A stretch of DNA of 62,532 nt, counting the filler. It is 4 parts of 4 records of this genome, joined end to end, with 100 filler letters (N's around TTAATTAATTAA, not from the genome) between each part and the next. Parts side by side here need not be neighbours in the genome. Positions count along the whole stretch, not along the records: positions 20,883 to 46,671 come from DRR723986_16005; 3 more parts are not named here. One strand, given 5' to 3'. Made by a program: the position numbers and the translations under genes. Numbering within the stretch: position 1 is the stretch's first letter; every line of letters starts with the position of its first letter. This document shows, piece after piece, positions 26,708 to 37,032 of the stretch. The notes below the pieces were generated by a model. The model made no database searches, was not told where the DNA came from, and saw nothing but the letters and a program-made list of their open reading frames with translations.

Positions 26708-28309
26708 ATGCAGCTTACGAGACTTATATCACCGGTTATTGTTGCCACAGCCGCAAGTCTGCTTGCGCTGGCTGCTACCGCAATGTTTTTTACCAATCGA
26801 CTTGATAGCAATTCCCTAGACGCAGAACGAAGAGCTGTGATGCGCATGGTTGCCGCGGTTCCACAAAATATGACCTCACTCGCCGAAGATAGCAGCTGGT
26901 GGGATGAAGCGGTTGAGAATATTCATCTTTCCGAAAATATGGACTGGATGGAAGAAATATTTTGGATAGAAGAATCACTGGAAGGAATTGAAGGCATAAG
27001 AGCAGTTGATGGCACCTTTATTTTACGGCCAGATTACTCAGTTATGTTTTCAACGCACCGAAGAAATCGTCCGGCAGATATAAATAATTTGCTGTTGAAC
27101 GGCCTGAGGCAAACAATAGATAAGTTGGAGCCCGTTGATGCAGATGTAGCCGTTTCTACCCACGGGTATGCCGTGAGTGCTGGCAGGGTTTTCGCGCTTG
27201 GCATCAGCATGGTTCAACCTTCCGGTTTTAAAGAATATGACCCACCCTTAGGCACCGCAAGGCGACCGGTTCTGGTATATTACCGCGAAGTAAACCAATT
27301 CCAAATTCAGGCCTTCTCAAGGGCCAGTGAACTGACCGACCTTGGGTTTAGTATCAGCGATACATTACATGCAGATACAAACCCGGAGGCGACTATAAAA
27401 CTCACGGGGCTTAATGGCATGCCTATTGGATATTTTTCCTGGACGCCAGCAACCCCCGGCGCGCTTCTTCTGGAACAATTATTATGGCCAGCTGTGTTTT
27501 TTCTCGGCCTGATTTTCATGGCCGGTTTTAGCTTCATTCGCCGGGCTCAAAAACTATTAGACGACCTCGCCAAAGCGGACCGTGCCAAAATGGCTTTTCT
27601 GGCCTCCATGAGCCACGAGGTGCGAACACCTTTGAATGCTATCATAGGGTTTACGGAAACCCTGCAACTGGAATTGCACGGCGAGATTAAGGGAGAGAAA
27701 AACAAAGAATATCTGGATATCATTCGCAGCAGCGGCGAGCATTTGTTGACCGTTATTAATGATATTCTCAGTATTTCGAAGCTTGATGCCGGCAAAATGG
27801 ACGTATTTGCCGAAACCATGAACCCTGTAACTGTCATTTCAGAGTCTGTGCGCATAATAGAAAACTCCGCCAGTGAACGCTCTTTAAGAATAGTCAAAGA
27901 ACTTGAGCCTGCAAAAATCGTTAGCGACGAACGTATTATCCGCCAGATATTGATCAATATTTTGTCTAATGCCGTTAAATTTACGCCGCCAGGAGGCCAG
28001 GTTTCTATCCGGTCTGAGTGCCTCAAAAGCACGTATGTAATTACCGTTTCAGACACTGGCATTGGCATGAATCAACAAGAAATTAATGTGGCTTTAGCGC
28101 CCTTTGGGCAAGTTCAAAATGACCAACAAACCTCAATCGCTGGTACAGGCCTTGGCCTGCCACTTGTGAACCGGTTTATCACACTGATCGGCGGCAACAT
28201 GACCATTCGGTCCTCGCCCGGACACGGCACCAGCGTAAAGCTTGAAGTGCCAATCGCTTTAGCAGACCATAAAGCTCCCCAAGATATGCCGCAGGAACAG
28301 CTATATTAA
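26708..28309 (+). CDS. Sensor histidine kinase (CHASE4-like sensor; PleC/DivJ-like HisKA)
   Basis: 2 TM; WWDEA; SMSHEVRTPLNAIIGF; NAVKFT, DTGIG, GTGLGL. Confidence 0.92.
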   Translation: MQLTRLISPVIVATAASLLALAATAMFFTNRLDSNSLDAERRAVMRMVAAVPQNMTSLAEDSSWWDEAVENIHLSENMDWMEEIFWIEESLEGIEGIRAVDGTFILRPDYSVMFSTHRRNRPADINNLLLNGLRQTIDKLEPVDADVAVSTHGYAVSAGRVFALGISMVQPSGFKEYDPPLGTARRPVLVYYREVNQFQIQAFSRASELTDLGFSISDTLHADTNPEATIKLTGLNGMPIGYFSWTPATPGALLLEQLLWPAVFFLGLIFMAGFSFIRRAQKLLDDLAKADRAKMAFLASMSHEVRTPLNAIIGFTETLQLELHGEIKGEKNKEYLDIIRSSGEHLLTVINDILSISKLDAGKMDVFAETMNPVTVISESVRIIENSASERSLRIVKELEPAKIVSDERIIRQILINILSNAVKFTPPGGQVSIRSECLKSTYVITVSDTGIGMNQQEINVALAPFGQVQNDQQTSIAGTGLGLPLVNRFITLIGGNMTIRSSPGHGTSVKLEVPIALADHKAPQDMPQEQLY

Positions 28310-28361
28310 AGCTATGCCTGAATTTATGACTCGCCTTAAATGCTCTCTTCGCAGCCATTGC

Positions 28362-29105
28362 TCAGGTAACTTTGTGAGCGGCGAGCTTAACGTAATAAGG
28401 CATCACCTCCTGAGCAATGGCTTCTAAATGGGCTGGCAGATCGCCGTCAAACGGTAGCCTTTTTTCAAAACCAGTAGATTTTTCAACATTGGCATACCAC
28501 CAAGGTGCCCATACACCGTCGCTGGCTCTGGGGCCGGGCGGCCATTCCAGCATTGACGCTTCAAAAGCAATCCCAAGTCGCTTGCATAACTTGGTCAGCA
28601 TCGCAGTTGGATTAAGCAAAACGTCATCACTATCAATCACCAGCGGCGTGGCCGATTGCCTTTCGGCCACATAATCAAAGATCTCACAAAGCTGCCGAAG
28701 CCCTATATCGTCTGGTGTTAGTTCTTCACGCTGTTTGACATAGCTGGCGATCATGGCGCGCGGTTCGCGTAGTAAAAAACAATTCATAACATCTGCGGTC
28801 CATTCAAGCGGCGTATCTGCTGTCATATGGTGGCTCATCAATTTCAGGTATTGAAGTTCAACGCCCACGCCCAAAGGGGCCATAAGCTGCTTGATGACAT
28901 CACATGCTGCCTGTGGCTGGCTGGCCAACACAGCTTCTCGGCCTGGGTGGTCCGTACCTGTTTCAGCGAGATAATGGGCGTAAAAAGGTTCATCGACGAC
29001 ACAGCAGCCTGACCGATTTTCAAATGAGCGCATTAAGGCCGTTGAGATATTTCTTGGGCCAGACCACATGGCAATACGGCATAGCTTTTGAGCAGACTGT
29101 GCCAC
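28362..29105 (-). CDS. Sulfotransferase-like P-loop protein
   Basis: IAMWSGPRNISTALMRSF, DEPFY, REPRAMIASY, DGVWAPWWY. Confidence 0.85.
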   Translation of the reverse strand: MAQSAQKLCRIAMWSGPRNISTALMRSFENRSGCCVVDEPFYAHYLAETGTDHPGREAVLASQPQAACDVIKQLMAPLGVGVELQYLKLMSHHMTADTPLEWTADVMNCFLLREPRAMIASYVKQREELTPDDIGLRQLCEIFDYVAERQSATPLVIDSDDVLLNPTAMLTKLCKRLGIAFEASMLEWPPGPRASDGVWAPWWYANVEKSTGFEKRLPFDGDLPAHLEAIAQEVMPYYVKLAAHKVT

Positions 29106-30050
29106 TTACCGGCCTTTCGTAACGGACTTTGCCAACCGCTGCGTATAGGCCTGTCTCAAACGTTCAACCATCGGCCCAATAGCAGGTGTTGCTTCCTCAC
29201 CAATTGACCGGCCGTCAACGCTTCTTACAGGAACCAAGCCTGCATATGTCCCGGTGACGAAAGCCTCATCTGCACCGTAGACATCCACCAAGCTGAAGTT
29301 TTTTTCGCGTACCACAATGCCTTCATTAAGGGCGGCTTCAATAACGACTTTACGGGTAACGCCCCCAAGGCAAAATTGGCCCGTTGATGTCCATAGCTCA
29401 CCGTCTCGTACAATGAAGAAATGTGTTGAATTGCACGTGGCAACAAAGCCATGCGGATCAAGCATCAAAGCCTCATCCGCCCCCGCCTTTGTGGCCTGAA
29501 TGCAGGCAAGAATGCAATTGAGCTTTGAATGCGAATTCAATTTTTGGTCCTGTACATCCGGGTAACCTCGGCGCACATGCACAGTGAACAACCGGATGCC
29601 CTGGTCAAGCGTTTCCTGCACCGGCGTTTTAAACTCAGGAATAATAACAACAGTCGGCGGGCTAATGGTTACACGTGGGTCCTGGTAAGGCGTTGCCTTT
29701 ATGCCCCGTGTCACCATCAGGCGAATGTGTCCCCCATCGGTCATTTGGTTGGCATCAATAGTTTCATAAAGCCGCTCGGTCATGGCTTGCTTGGATAATG
29801 AAATCTCCATATCCAGTGCTTTTGCACCGTCATACAAGCGGCGCAAATGACGACCCAGAAATACAATGACACCGCCGTGGACCCGCAAACCTTCCCATAC
29901 GCCGTCGCCCAGCACAAAACCGCTGTCAAAAACCGATATTTTAGCGTCATCACGGTGAAAAAAGGCACCATTAATGTTAATATGAATATTCGCATTACGC
30001 GGGTCTGCTTCATAATCATGCGTGCCGTGTGCCAATTTACATCCTTTCAT
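29106..30050 (-). CDS. Class IV PLP aminotransferase (BCAT/D-amino acid aminotransferase-like); start possibly TTG 30035
   Basis: FDSGFVLGDGVWEG, HLRRL, DEALMLD, GVTR, DEAFVTGT. Confidence 0.92.
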   Translation of the reverse strand: MKGCKLAHGTHDYEADPRNANIHININGAFFHRDDAKISVFDSGFVLGDGVWEGLRVHGGVIVFLGRHLRRLYDGAKALDMEISLSKQAMTERLYETIDANQMTDGGHIRLMVTRGIKATPYQDPRVTISPPTVVIIPEFKTPVQETLDQGIRLFTVHVRRGYPDVQDQKLNSHSKLNCILACIQATKAGADEALMLDPHGFVATCNSTHFFIVRDGELWTSTGQFCLGGVTRKVVIEAALNEGIVVREKNFSLVDVYGADEAFVTGTYAGLVPVRSVDGRSIGEEATPAIGPMVERLRQAYTQRLAKSVTKGR

Positions 30051-30083
30051 TGCTGCTTTCGGCTATACCGTTAAAATAGCCTG

Positions 30084-30944
30084 ATGGAAGGAACGCACGT
30101 GGTCAAGTTATCGGGCAAATTTATACATCGAATGGTCGCCCTTATTGTTGGGGGTTTTATGGCGCAAACTTCTGTGGCGGTATCTGCCTCTATGCCGCAA
30201 AGCCCGGAAGCGTGTGGCACAGCGGAAATTATAAGCGCGCCCAACGGCGAAACACTCACCGCGGTTGATGGCAACAACATTCAGTTAGCCAGCATAAAGG
30301 CACCAGAACTTTGGCCAGAGGGCGCCAAATATGCCAGTTGGCCTCATGCAGAATGGGCACAAGAAGTCTTGGTGCGCTTAACAGTAGGGAAAATAGTTTC
30401 CCTATTTTGTGAAGGCGAAACCGTTAGCTTTAACGGCGAAAAAATAGCGCATGTTCAACTGCCATCAGGCGAGTGGCTTCAGCATACACTCGTTGAACAA
30501 GGGGCAGCCTTTGTCTTCCCGCGCCGGGATCATGTGTCTGGTATCGATGCCCTTTATACCGCCGAAGACAAAGCGCGCAACAGTAATTTAGGTATTTGGC
30601 AATCCAACAAAATTTACCGCGCGAACCTAGATAGTGGTAGCGATAAAAACGCCGATATTATGGCCGAAGAGAATGTTAGAACCGGATGGTTTCAGGTGGT
30701 GCGCGGCACCGTCATGAACGCAGCGCGCGTTAGACGGCAAGTTTTTTTAAACTTTGGCGCAGATTGGCGCAAGGACTTCACGGTGGAAATTTCAGCAAGT
30801 GCCAACCGGGCTTTTAAAAAGGCGAACCTGGACCCACTGTCTTTTCAATCGCACCTGGTGGAAGTGCGCGGGTGGGTGACATGGAAGGGTGGCCCTCATA
30901 TTATGCTGGAAGGGCCAGGTCAAATTAGAACAATCAAACGGTAA
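30084..30944 (+). CDS. Thermonuclease (SNase) family protein with C-terminal OB-like domain
   Basis: QLASIKAPE, LVEQGAA, AEDKAR...LGIW, LNFGADWRKDFT. Confidence 0.85.
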   Translation: MEGTHVVKLSGKFIHRMVALIVGGFMAQTSVAVSASMPQSPEACGTAEIISAPNGETLTAVDGNNIQLASIKAPELWPEGAKYASWPHAEWAQEVLVRLTVGKIVSLFCEGETVSFNGEKIAHVQLPSGEWLQHTLVEQGAAFVFPRRDHVSGIDALYTAEDKARNSNLGIWQSNKIYRANLDSGSDKNADIMAEENVRTGWFQVVRGTVMNAARVRRQVFLNFGADWRKDFTVEISASANRAFKKANLDPLSFQSHLVEVRGWVTWKGGPHIMLEGPGQIRTIKR

Positions 30945-30952
30945 GAACTCTG

Positions 30953-31849
30953 TTAGCCGTTAGCAATACCTGCGGCAACAGGATCACCAATGCGGCGCAC
31001 CAGCGAATCGCGCAGCTTACCAAGGGCTTGCGCCTCCAGTTGACGCACCCGTTCTTTTGAAATGCCCAGCTGAGACCCCAGAACAGCAAGTGTAACGCCG
31101 TTTTCTTTTAACTGACGTTCGCGAATGATAAAGCTTTCGCGGTCGGTCAGGTCATTCATCGCATCCTTAAGCAGAACAGATTTCTTGCTACGGTCATGCG
31201 TGGCAATATACAGCGTGTCAGGTTGCGGCGTGTCTGCCACGAGCAGGTCTTGCCATTCTTGTGCAGACTCTTCAGCAACAGGGGCATTTAACGACCGGTC
31301 CACGCCAGACAGGCGGCCTTCCATGGCTTCCACGTCGCGCAAGCGCACGCCCATTTCATCAGCAATCTGATTGCGGGCCTGAAATGACAGCGGCCTGTCG
31401 GCATCAACGCCCATTTTAGCTTTCAAGCGCTTGAGGTTGAAGAATAGGGATTTGTGGGCAGAGGTGGTGCCGGTTCGTACAATCGACCAATTTCTGAGAA
31501 CATAGTCCTGCACAGCGGCGCGTACCCACCATGATGCGTAAGTGGAAAACCTAACTTCCCGGGCTGATTCGAAGCGATAAGCTGCTTCCATTAACCCTAC
31601 GGTACCTTCTTGAATCAGATCTGATACTGGCAAGCCATAGTGCCTATACCGACTAGCTGCAGCCACAGCCAACCGTAAATGCGCCTCGGTTAACTTTTTA
31701 AGCGCATGCTCATCCCGCTCGGTCTGCCAAGCTAGGGCAAGGTCAATTTCTTCACCGCGTTCCAGCATGGGAGCCTTCATCGCAAATCGAATTATGCGCC
31801 GGTCATCGCCAGTTGCCCAGTTACCTATCGCCACGTCTCTCTCCGTCAA
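30953..31849 (-). CDS. rpoH: RNA polymerase sigma-32 factor (RpoH2-type)
   Basis: DLIQEG, RFSTYASWW, NWSIVRTGTTSAHKSLFFNL (RpoH box), ISKERVRQLE. Confidence 0.9.
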   Translation of the reverse strand: MTERDVAIGNWATGDDRRIIRFAMKAPMLERGEEIDLALAWQTERDEHALKKLTEAHLRLAVAAASRYRHYGLPVSDLIQEGTVGLMEAAYRFESAREVRFSTYASWWVRAAVQDYVLRNWSIVRTGTTSAHKSLFFNLKRLKAKMGVDADRPLSFQARNQIADEMGVRLRDVEAMEGRLSGVDRSLNAPVAEESAQEWQDLLVADTPQPDTLYIATHDRSKKSVLLKDAMNDLTDRESFIIRERQLKENGVTLAVLGSQLGISKERVRQLEAQALGKLRDSLVRRIGDPVAAGIANG

Positions 31850-31945
31850 TAGATTTAATGCACCTGATTAATTGCGAGCATTATCACCATTTTCGCGGAG
31901 ATTTATAGTGTTTTTTTAAAACATTTTTGAAATGGGGCTATTCAT

Positions 31946-31973
31946 AAAAAAACCCGCCACAAAGGGCGGGTTT
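31946..31973 (-). terminator. Intrinsic terminator of carD
   Basis: AAACCCGCC/GGCGGGTTT stem with T7 on the minus strand. Confidence 0.85.
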
Positions 31974-31995
31974 CAAAAGGTTTTTTTAAAACGCT

Positions 31996-32502
31996 CTATG
32001 CAGCAAGTTCTTTCTCAAGCTTGCCCATTGCCGCTTCTTCATCAATATCTTCCACTGCCGCCAGTTCACGCGCTAGGCGCCCAAGGGCTGATTCGTATAT
32101 TTGACGCTCACTATAAGACTGCTCTGGCTGGTCATCGCCCCGGTGCAAATCACGAACCACTTCCGCAATCGAAACCAAATCACCAGAGTTGATCTTGGCT
32201 TCATATTCTTGGGCGCGGCGGCTCCACATGGTGCGCTTAATTCGTGCCCTGCCTTTAAGGGTTGTGAAAGCTTTTTGCAGCGTGTCATCTGATGAAAGGC
32301 GGCGCATACCGCTTACTTCAGCTTTATTAATCGGCACTCTCAGGGTCATGCGCTCTTTTTCAAAGCGAATGACATACAACTCAAGTGACATACCGGCGAC
32401 TTCCTGAGTCTCCATTTCCGTCACCCGGCCAACACCGTGTTTTGGGTAAACAATATAATCACCAATAGAATATGGAAGGTTTTTAGATTTAGCCATTTTC
32501 AT
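31996..32502 (-). CDS. carD: CarD/CdnL family RNA polymerase-binding factor
   Basis: VYPKHGVG, MTLRVP, MWSRRAQEYEAKINSGD. Confidence 0.95.
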   Translation of the reverse strand: MKMAKSKNLPYSIGDYIVYPKHGVGRVTEMETQEVAGMSLELYVIRFEKERMTLRVPINKAEVSGMRRLSSDDTLQKAFTTLKGRARIKRTMWSRRAQEYEAKINSGDLVSIAEVVRDLHRGDDQPEQSYSERQIYESALGRLARELAAVEDIDEEAAMGKLEKELAA

Positions 32503-32982
32503 TACATCCTTTTTATTCTGTCACGTCCCTATCGGTACAGCCCATCTGGTACAAATATTTTCAAGCATGTCGAACCTTCCTTCCACCAAACCCAGGTGGC
32601 CCCATAAAAGGTTCAAATATTCGTGTTATCTAGCTTATTGATACCAAATATATGATTTTGTTAACCTTCAGTATCATCAAATAAGCCTGCCCAAGAGTTA
32701 CTCCTAAATACAGACTGCATGAACACCATGCGCAGCTTTCATTTTAGCGGCGCAGTCTACAACGTTTATGATTTCTTTTGAATATCAACACCTTGATCAA
32801 AACGCCGTAGCGTAAAACAAACCAAGAATTGCAGACAATCAAACGGGTTAAACGTTCGTTTCATGCATTAATCGCTAACACTGTAACATAAAATACATCA
32901 AAAATGTAGCCCCTAGACCCGGTATCCACTCAAAAAGTCCCCAAAATCATGAGGTTTTTGGCATTTTCGGAGCTAAAATACT

Positions 32983-33008
32983 AAAAAGCCGGGTCAATTG
33001 CCCGGCTT
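32983..33008 (-). terminator. Intrinsic terminator of fdxA
   Basis: AAGCCGGG/CCCGGCTT stem with a T tract on the minus strand. Confidence 0.75.
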
Positions 33009-33063
33009 GTCAAAATTTATTTAATCAAGATCAGTTTAGGAAATTCTGATTAACGGCGTCGTT

Positions 33064-33399
33064 TTAATCGCCTTGGCCGGGGTTAGGAGAGAAATGCTCC
33101 ATTTTACCTTCTTTACCCTTCCATTCGTCAGCGTCTGCTGGCTGTTCACGATTGATCGTGATGTTAGGCCACTCTTCCGAGTATTTGGTATTGATTTCTA
33201 GCATTTGTTCCAAGCCATCTTCAGTATCAGGCAAAATAGCTTCAGCCGGGCATTCTGGTTCACAAACGCCGCAATCAATGCATTCATTAGGGTTGATCAC
33301 CAACATATTCTCGCCTTCATAGAAGCAATCCACCGGACATACTTCAACGCAGTCCATATATTTGCACTTGATACAAGCTTCCGTGACGATATAGGTCAT
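33064..33399 (-). CDS. fdxA: 7Fe ferredoxin FdxA
   Basis: [26 protein letters not shown]...[12 protein letters not shown]. Confidence 0.95.
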   Translation of the reverse strand: MTYIVTEACIKCKYMDCVEVCPVDCFYEGENMLVINPNECIDCGVCEPECPAEAILPDTEDGLEQMLEINTKYSEEWPNITINREQPADADEWKGKEGKMEHFSPNPGQGD

Positions 33400-33522
33400 C
33401 GGTGTCTCCTTAAAATCATAGTATGCCTTGAGGGTTCTCTTTTCCATCAAAGCGAGGCCTTAAAAACGATGTATGCCGAAAAGATCGGCGCTCGGCAATG
33501 CCTTTTCTCGACTAAACGCAAA

Positions 33523-33921
33523 TCAACCTTTGCCTAATAACCGATCAAGCGCCCTGCGGTCTGTTTTAGTTGGCCGACCCATGCCTCTCTCACGACTTGG
33601 ATTTCCCGCCTTTTCAGGAGTTTGTTCATCTTTTTCGCTTACGGGTGTTAGGTCTTTGTATAACAGAGTCGCCTCTGTCGCGGGGCCGCGCCGCGTGCCC
33701 AGAGCCAGAATTTCAATGACCCTAACCTGATCTGCCTTAGGGAAAGTAAGAACGTCCCCAACGACAACCGTCGCACTGGCCTTTTTGGCATGATCCCCGT
33801 TGATGCGCACCTTCTTGGCACGGCACTGAGCCGCCGCTAGTGAGCGCGATTTGAAAAATCGTGCTTGCCACAGCCATTTATCCAGCCGCAGTTTTTCAAT
33901 GCTCTGATCAGAAACAGCCAC
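33523..33921 (-). CDS. hslR: S4-domain ribosome-associated heat shock protein Hsp15
   Basis: RLDKWLWQARFFKSRSLA, GRPTK.DRR. Confidence 0.92.
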   Translation of the reverse strand: MAVSDQSIEKLRLDKWLWQARFFKSRSLAAAQCRAKKVRINGDHAKKASATVVVGDVLTFPKADQVRVIEILALGTRRGPATEATLLYKDLTPVSEKDEQTPEKAGNPSRERGMGRPTKTDRRALDRLLGKG

Positions 33922-33927
33922 AGCCGC

Positions 33928-36846
33928 TTATTTTTTCTTGGACAGCGCGTCTTTCAGCCCAGCAAGTGCTGCGAAAGGCGAATCCGGATCCATCGGCTTG
34001 GCCTTGGGTCGGGCCGTGTGGGTACGCGGGCCGGTCGGCTTGCCTTTACCAGGGTGACTTCTTGGTTTGCCTTTTCCGTGCGGCTTGCCTCGACCTTTAG
34101 TGGCTTCGCCTTGCTTACCGCCCTCTTGTCGGCGTCCGCCTTGTGGCTTTCGGTGCGGTCGGCTTGGCCGTTTCGGTGCCCACATAAACACGTGGCGCTC
34201 AACCGGAGGCGTCGCATCGTCGGATGGTTCCGCCGATGCTTCTTCTTTTGCAGCCTCTTTAGGCTCGCTCGCCACTTTTGCCTTATCCACACTCTCGGGC
34301 GTTTCCGCTGTTTCTTCTGGTGCCGTTGCAGGCGTTTGTTCTTCAGTCTTTTTATCCGTGACTTCTTGCTTAGCTGGCTCTTCCGTAGCTGGTTTATCAG
34401 CGACCGGCTCAACAGTGCGCAGTTCATTTTTGTAGCCAATGCCCTGCATAACCTCAGCAAAGTCATCCCCGGAAAGGCCAACAAGACCCATAATTTCAGG
34501 TGTCACTTCAAACCAGTTGCGGTCTTGACCCAGCGGACGCACAGCATCGGCAAGCCGCTCAAGCATATCCATGCGAACAGCTTTTTTGCCAACCACATGA
34601 AAGCCGCACATTTCATAAAAAGCGTTAGGGGCTGTTGTTTCCGTATCAACCCATACCATGCCTGGGGTTGGTAAGCTTGGCAGCGCCGTCAAATTTCCAG
34701 CCATCGCCCACATCATCAAACGTAGCTCAATAGCATGAGGTTTTAACACCAGTGGCATGTACAAACTGGTAGCGCCGATGCGAATACCAAACCGGCGCAA
34801 GCCCTTGCGCGCGTCTTGGTCAAGCTGGCGCAAGTCGCCGTCGACCAGTTTGCGCGGCAATACGCCGTAATTTTCCATTAAACGAAAGGCTACGCCGCGC
34901 ACCAAACCAGACAAAGGCTCTGTGCCTTCCGGGGGCTCAACTTCGCCGTTTAATTCCTGCGCAAGCTTAACAAGCGGGTCCAGTTTTTCCGCAATGCGCG
35001 CATCAAGCCAGTCTTGCGCTCGACCGCGCACCAACTCTTTCATCTCATCGTTCAGCAAAGTAGACGACAAGAGCTTCACCCGCGGGGCCATGAAGGCACC
35101 GATGTCCTGCACAGTGCCAATGGGCGCGTCTTCCCACATCAATTGTGGATTTGTTAGACCGCCAGAAAAATCAAATGTCAGCGTTTTATAGCCCACATTA
35201 GCAAACAGTTTTGCCTTGCGGGTTAGCTCAGCCTGCAGCGCGGTTTCCGCCGCTGCCTTCAGCACTTTCTGGTCATCGCGAGCAGCACCTGCTTCTACTT
35301 TGAATGTGAAGCCTTGCACCTCGCCGATCTCATGCCCTTCAACAGAAACCTGTTGTGTCTCTTTATCGATGCTCACGCTGAGCTCACCCCTTTGCTTGAG
35401 GGAACGCATGAGAACGGCCGTTCGGCGGTCCACAAAACGCTGGGTTAATTTTTCATGCAACGCATCAGATAGTCGGTCTTCAACGCTGCGGGTCACATGG
35501 GCCCAGTGGGCCGCATCCTGCAGCCAGCCTTTCCGGTGAGATACATAGGTCCACACGCGGATGCTGGCAATTCGCGCGGCCAAGGTATCTATCTCACCGT
35601 GGCTATTGTCAAGCCGCTTAACTTGCCGAGCGATCCAATCATGAGAAATTACCCCGGAAGGCGACATTAATTCGCTGTAGATTCGCTTCAAAGTTCCATG
35701 ATGATCTTCCGGTGAAAGCCGCCGGAAATCCGGAATCTGGCATACATTCCAAAGCCTTTCGACTGCATCTGGTGTTGTTGCAATGGATGCGACTGCCTCA
35801 TCTGCAGCAAGCGCCTGTAATGCATGAGCGTCCAGGGCGTCGCGCACTCTGTGCAGACCGTCTGTGGTTGCTTGCATGTTCAAAGAGCGCAAAAGTCGGG
35901 GAATCGTGGCAAACTCCAACCGATGGTTACGCCAATATATCGCTTTCACGGGTTCAAAAGTATGGTCCTCAATCTGACTTATCATCATAGGGTCCATCTC
36001 TTCGGCTTCGCCGCCACCAAGGGTAGAAAATGTGCCGTCGCGCTTGTAACGCCCAGCACGGCCTGCAATTTGCGCGGCTTCTGCAGGTGATAAATCACGA
36101 AAACGCCGCCCATCAAATTTACCCAGCCGCGAGAAGGACACGTGGCCAATATCCATATTAAGGCCCATGCCAATAGCGTCTGTGGCAACCAAATGATCAA
36201 CATCGCCCGATTGGTACATCTCGACCTGCGCGTTGCGGGTGCGCGGGCTGAGGGCGCCCATCACAATGGCGGCGCCACCCTTTTGGCGGCGCACCAGTTC
36301 CGCCATGGCATAAACATCTGCACTGGAAAAACCCACCACTACACTGCGGCGCGGCAAGCGGGAAAGCTTAGCGGGTTTCACGTGGAAGAGTTTTGAGAAA
36401 CGGTCCCGCCTAACGATCTCGGCTTCGGGCACCAACCGCCGAATAAGCGGCCCCATTGTTTCTGCCCCAAGCAATAAAGTCTCATGCAGTCCTCGGCTAT
36501 GCAGCAAATGCTCGGTAAAAATATGGCCGCGCTGGGGGTCAGCCGCCATTTGAACTTCATCTACAGCAACAAAGTCTGCCACCGCCGTGCGCGGCATGGC
36601 TTCGGCTGTACAAAGGAAATAACGCGCATTCTCTGGTACTATGCGTTCCTCGCCAGTGATCAGAGCCACCTGATTTTTACCCTTAACCGCGACAACCTTG
36701 TCGTAGACTTCGCGTGCAAGTAGCCGCAGAGGAAAGCCCATCATGCCGGATGAATAACCAAGCATACGCTCAACAGCATAATGGGTTTTACCAGTGTTGG
36801 TGGAGCCAAGAACGGCCTTAATGATGCCTGACATAAAGATGCTCAA
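33928..36846 (-). CDS. SUV3-like SF2 helicase (MgpS type)
   Basis: GSTNTGKT, PLRLLARE, DEVQ, ATDAIGMGLN, QIAGRAGR; conserved alphaproteobacterial helicase-hsp15-fdxA-carD order. Confidence 0.93.
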   Translation of the reverse strand: MSIFMSGIIKAVLGSTNTGKTHYAVERMLGYSSGMMGFPLRLLAREVYDKVVAVKGKNQVALITGEERIVPENARYFLCTAEAMPRTAVADFVAVDEVQMAADPQRGHIFTEHLLHSRGLHETLLLGAETMGPLIRRLVPEAEIVRRDRFSKLFHVKPAKLSRLPRRSVVVGFSSADVYAMAELVRRQKGGAAIVMGALSPRTRNAQVEMYQSGDVDHLVATDAIGMGLNMDIGHVSFSRLGKFDGRRFRDLSPAEAAQIAGRAGRYKRDGTFSTLGGGEAEEMDPMMISQIEDHTFEPVKAIYWRNHRLEFATIPRLLRSLNMQATTDGLHRVRDALDAHALQALAADEAVASIATTPDAVERLWNVCQIPDFRRLSPEDHHGTLKRIYSELMSPSGVISHDWIARQVKRLDNSHGEIDTLAARIASIRVWTYVSHRKGWLQDAAHWAHVTRSVEDRLSDALHEKLTQRFVDRRTAVLMRSLKQRGELSVSIDKETQQVSVEGHEIGEVQGFTFKVEAGAARDDQKVLKAAAETALQAELTRKAKLFANVGYKTLTFDFSGGLTNPQLMWEDAPIGTVQDIGAFMAPRVKLLSSTLLNDEMKELVRGRAQDWLDARIAEKLDPLVKLAQELNGEVEPPEGTEPLSGLVRGVAFRLMENYGVLPRKLVDGDLRQLDQDARKGLRRFGIRIGATSLYMPLVLKPHAIELRLMMWAMAGNLTALPSLPTPGMVWVDTETTAPNAFYEMCGFHVVGKKAVRMDMLERLADAVRPLGQDRNWFEVTPEIMGLVGLSGDDFAEVMQGIGYKNELRTVEPVADKPATEEPAKQEVTDKKTEEQTPATAPEETAETPESVDKAKVASEPKEAAKEEASAEPSDDATPPVERHVFMWAPKRPSRPHRKPQGGRRQEGGKQGEATKGRGKPHGKGKPRSHPGKGKPTGPRTHTARPKAKPMDPDSPFAALAGLKDALSKKK

Positions 36847-37032
36847 TTGAATCGGGCAAAAAGATAAAAGCCCGCTTCCCCGATAAATAGAGCGAGGTCC
36901 GCTTGGTTACAATGTGTTTTCCTTTCTTTTGTGACTCATCGATCAAATCCGCGTGTGCGTCCATTGCACCGCTATGGGGGGCAGGCTAATGTTTATGATT
37001 CAAACGGGGACAGTTTCAGGAAGGGTACTCTC

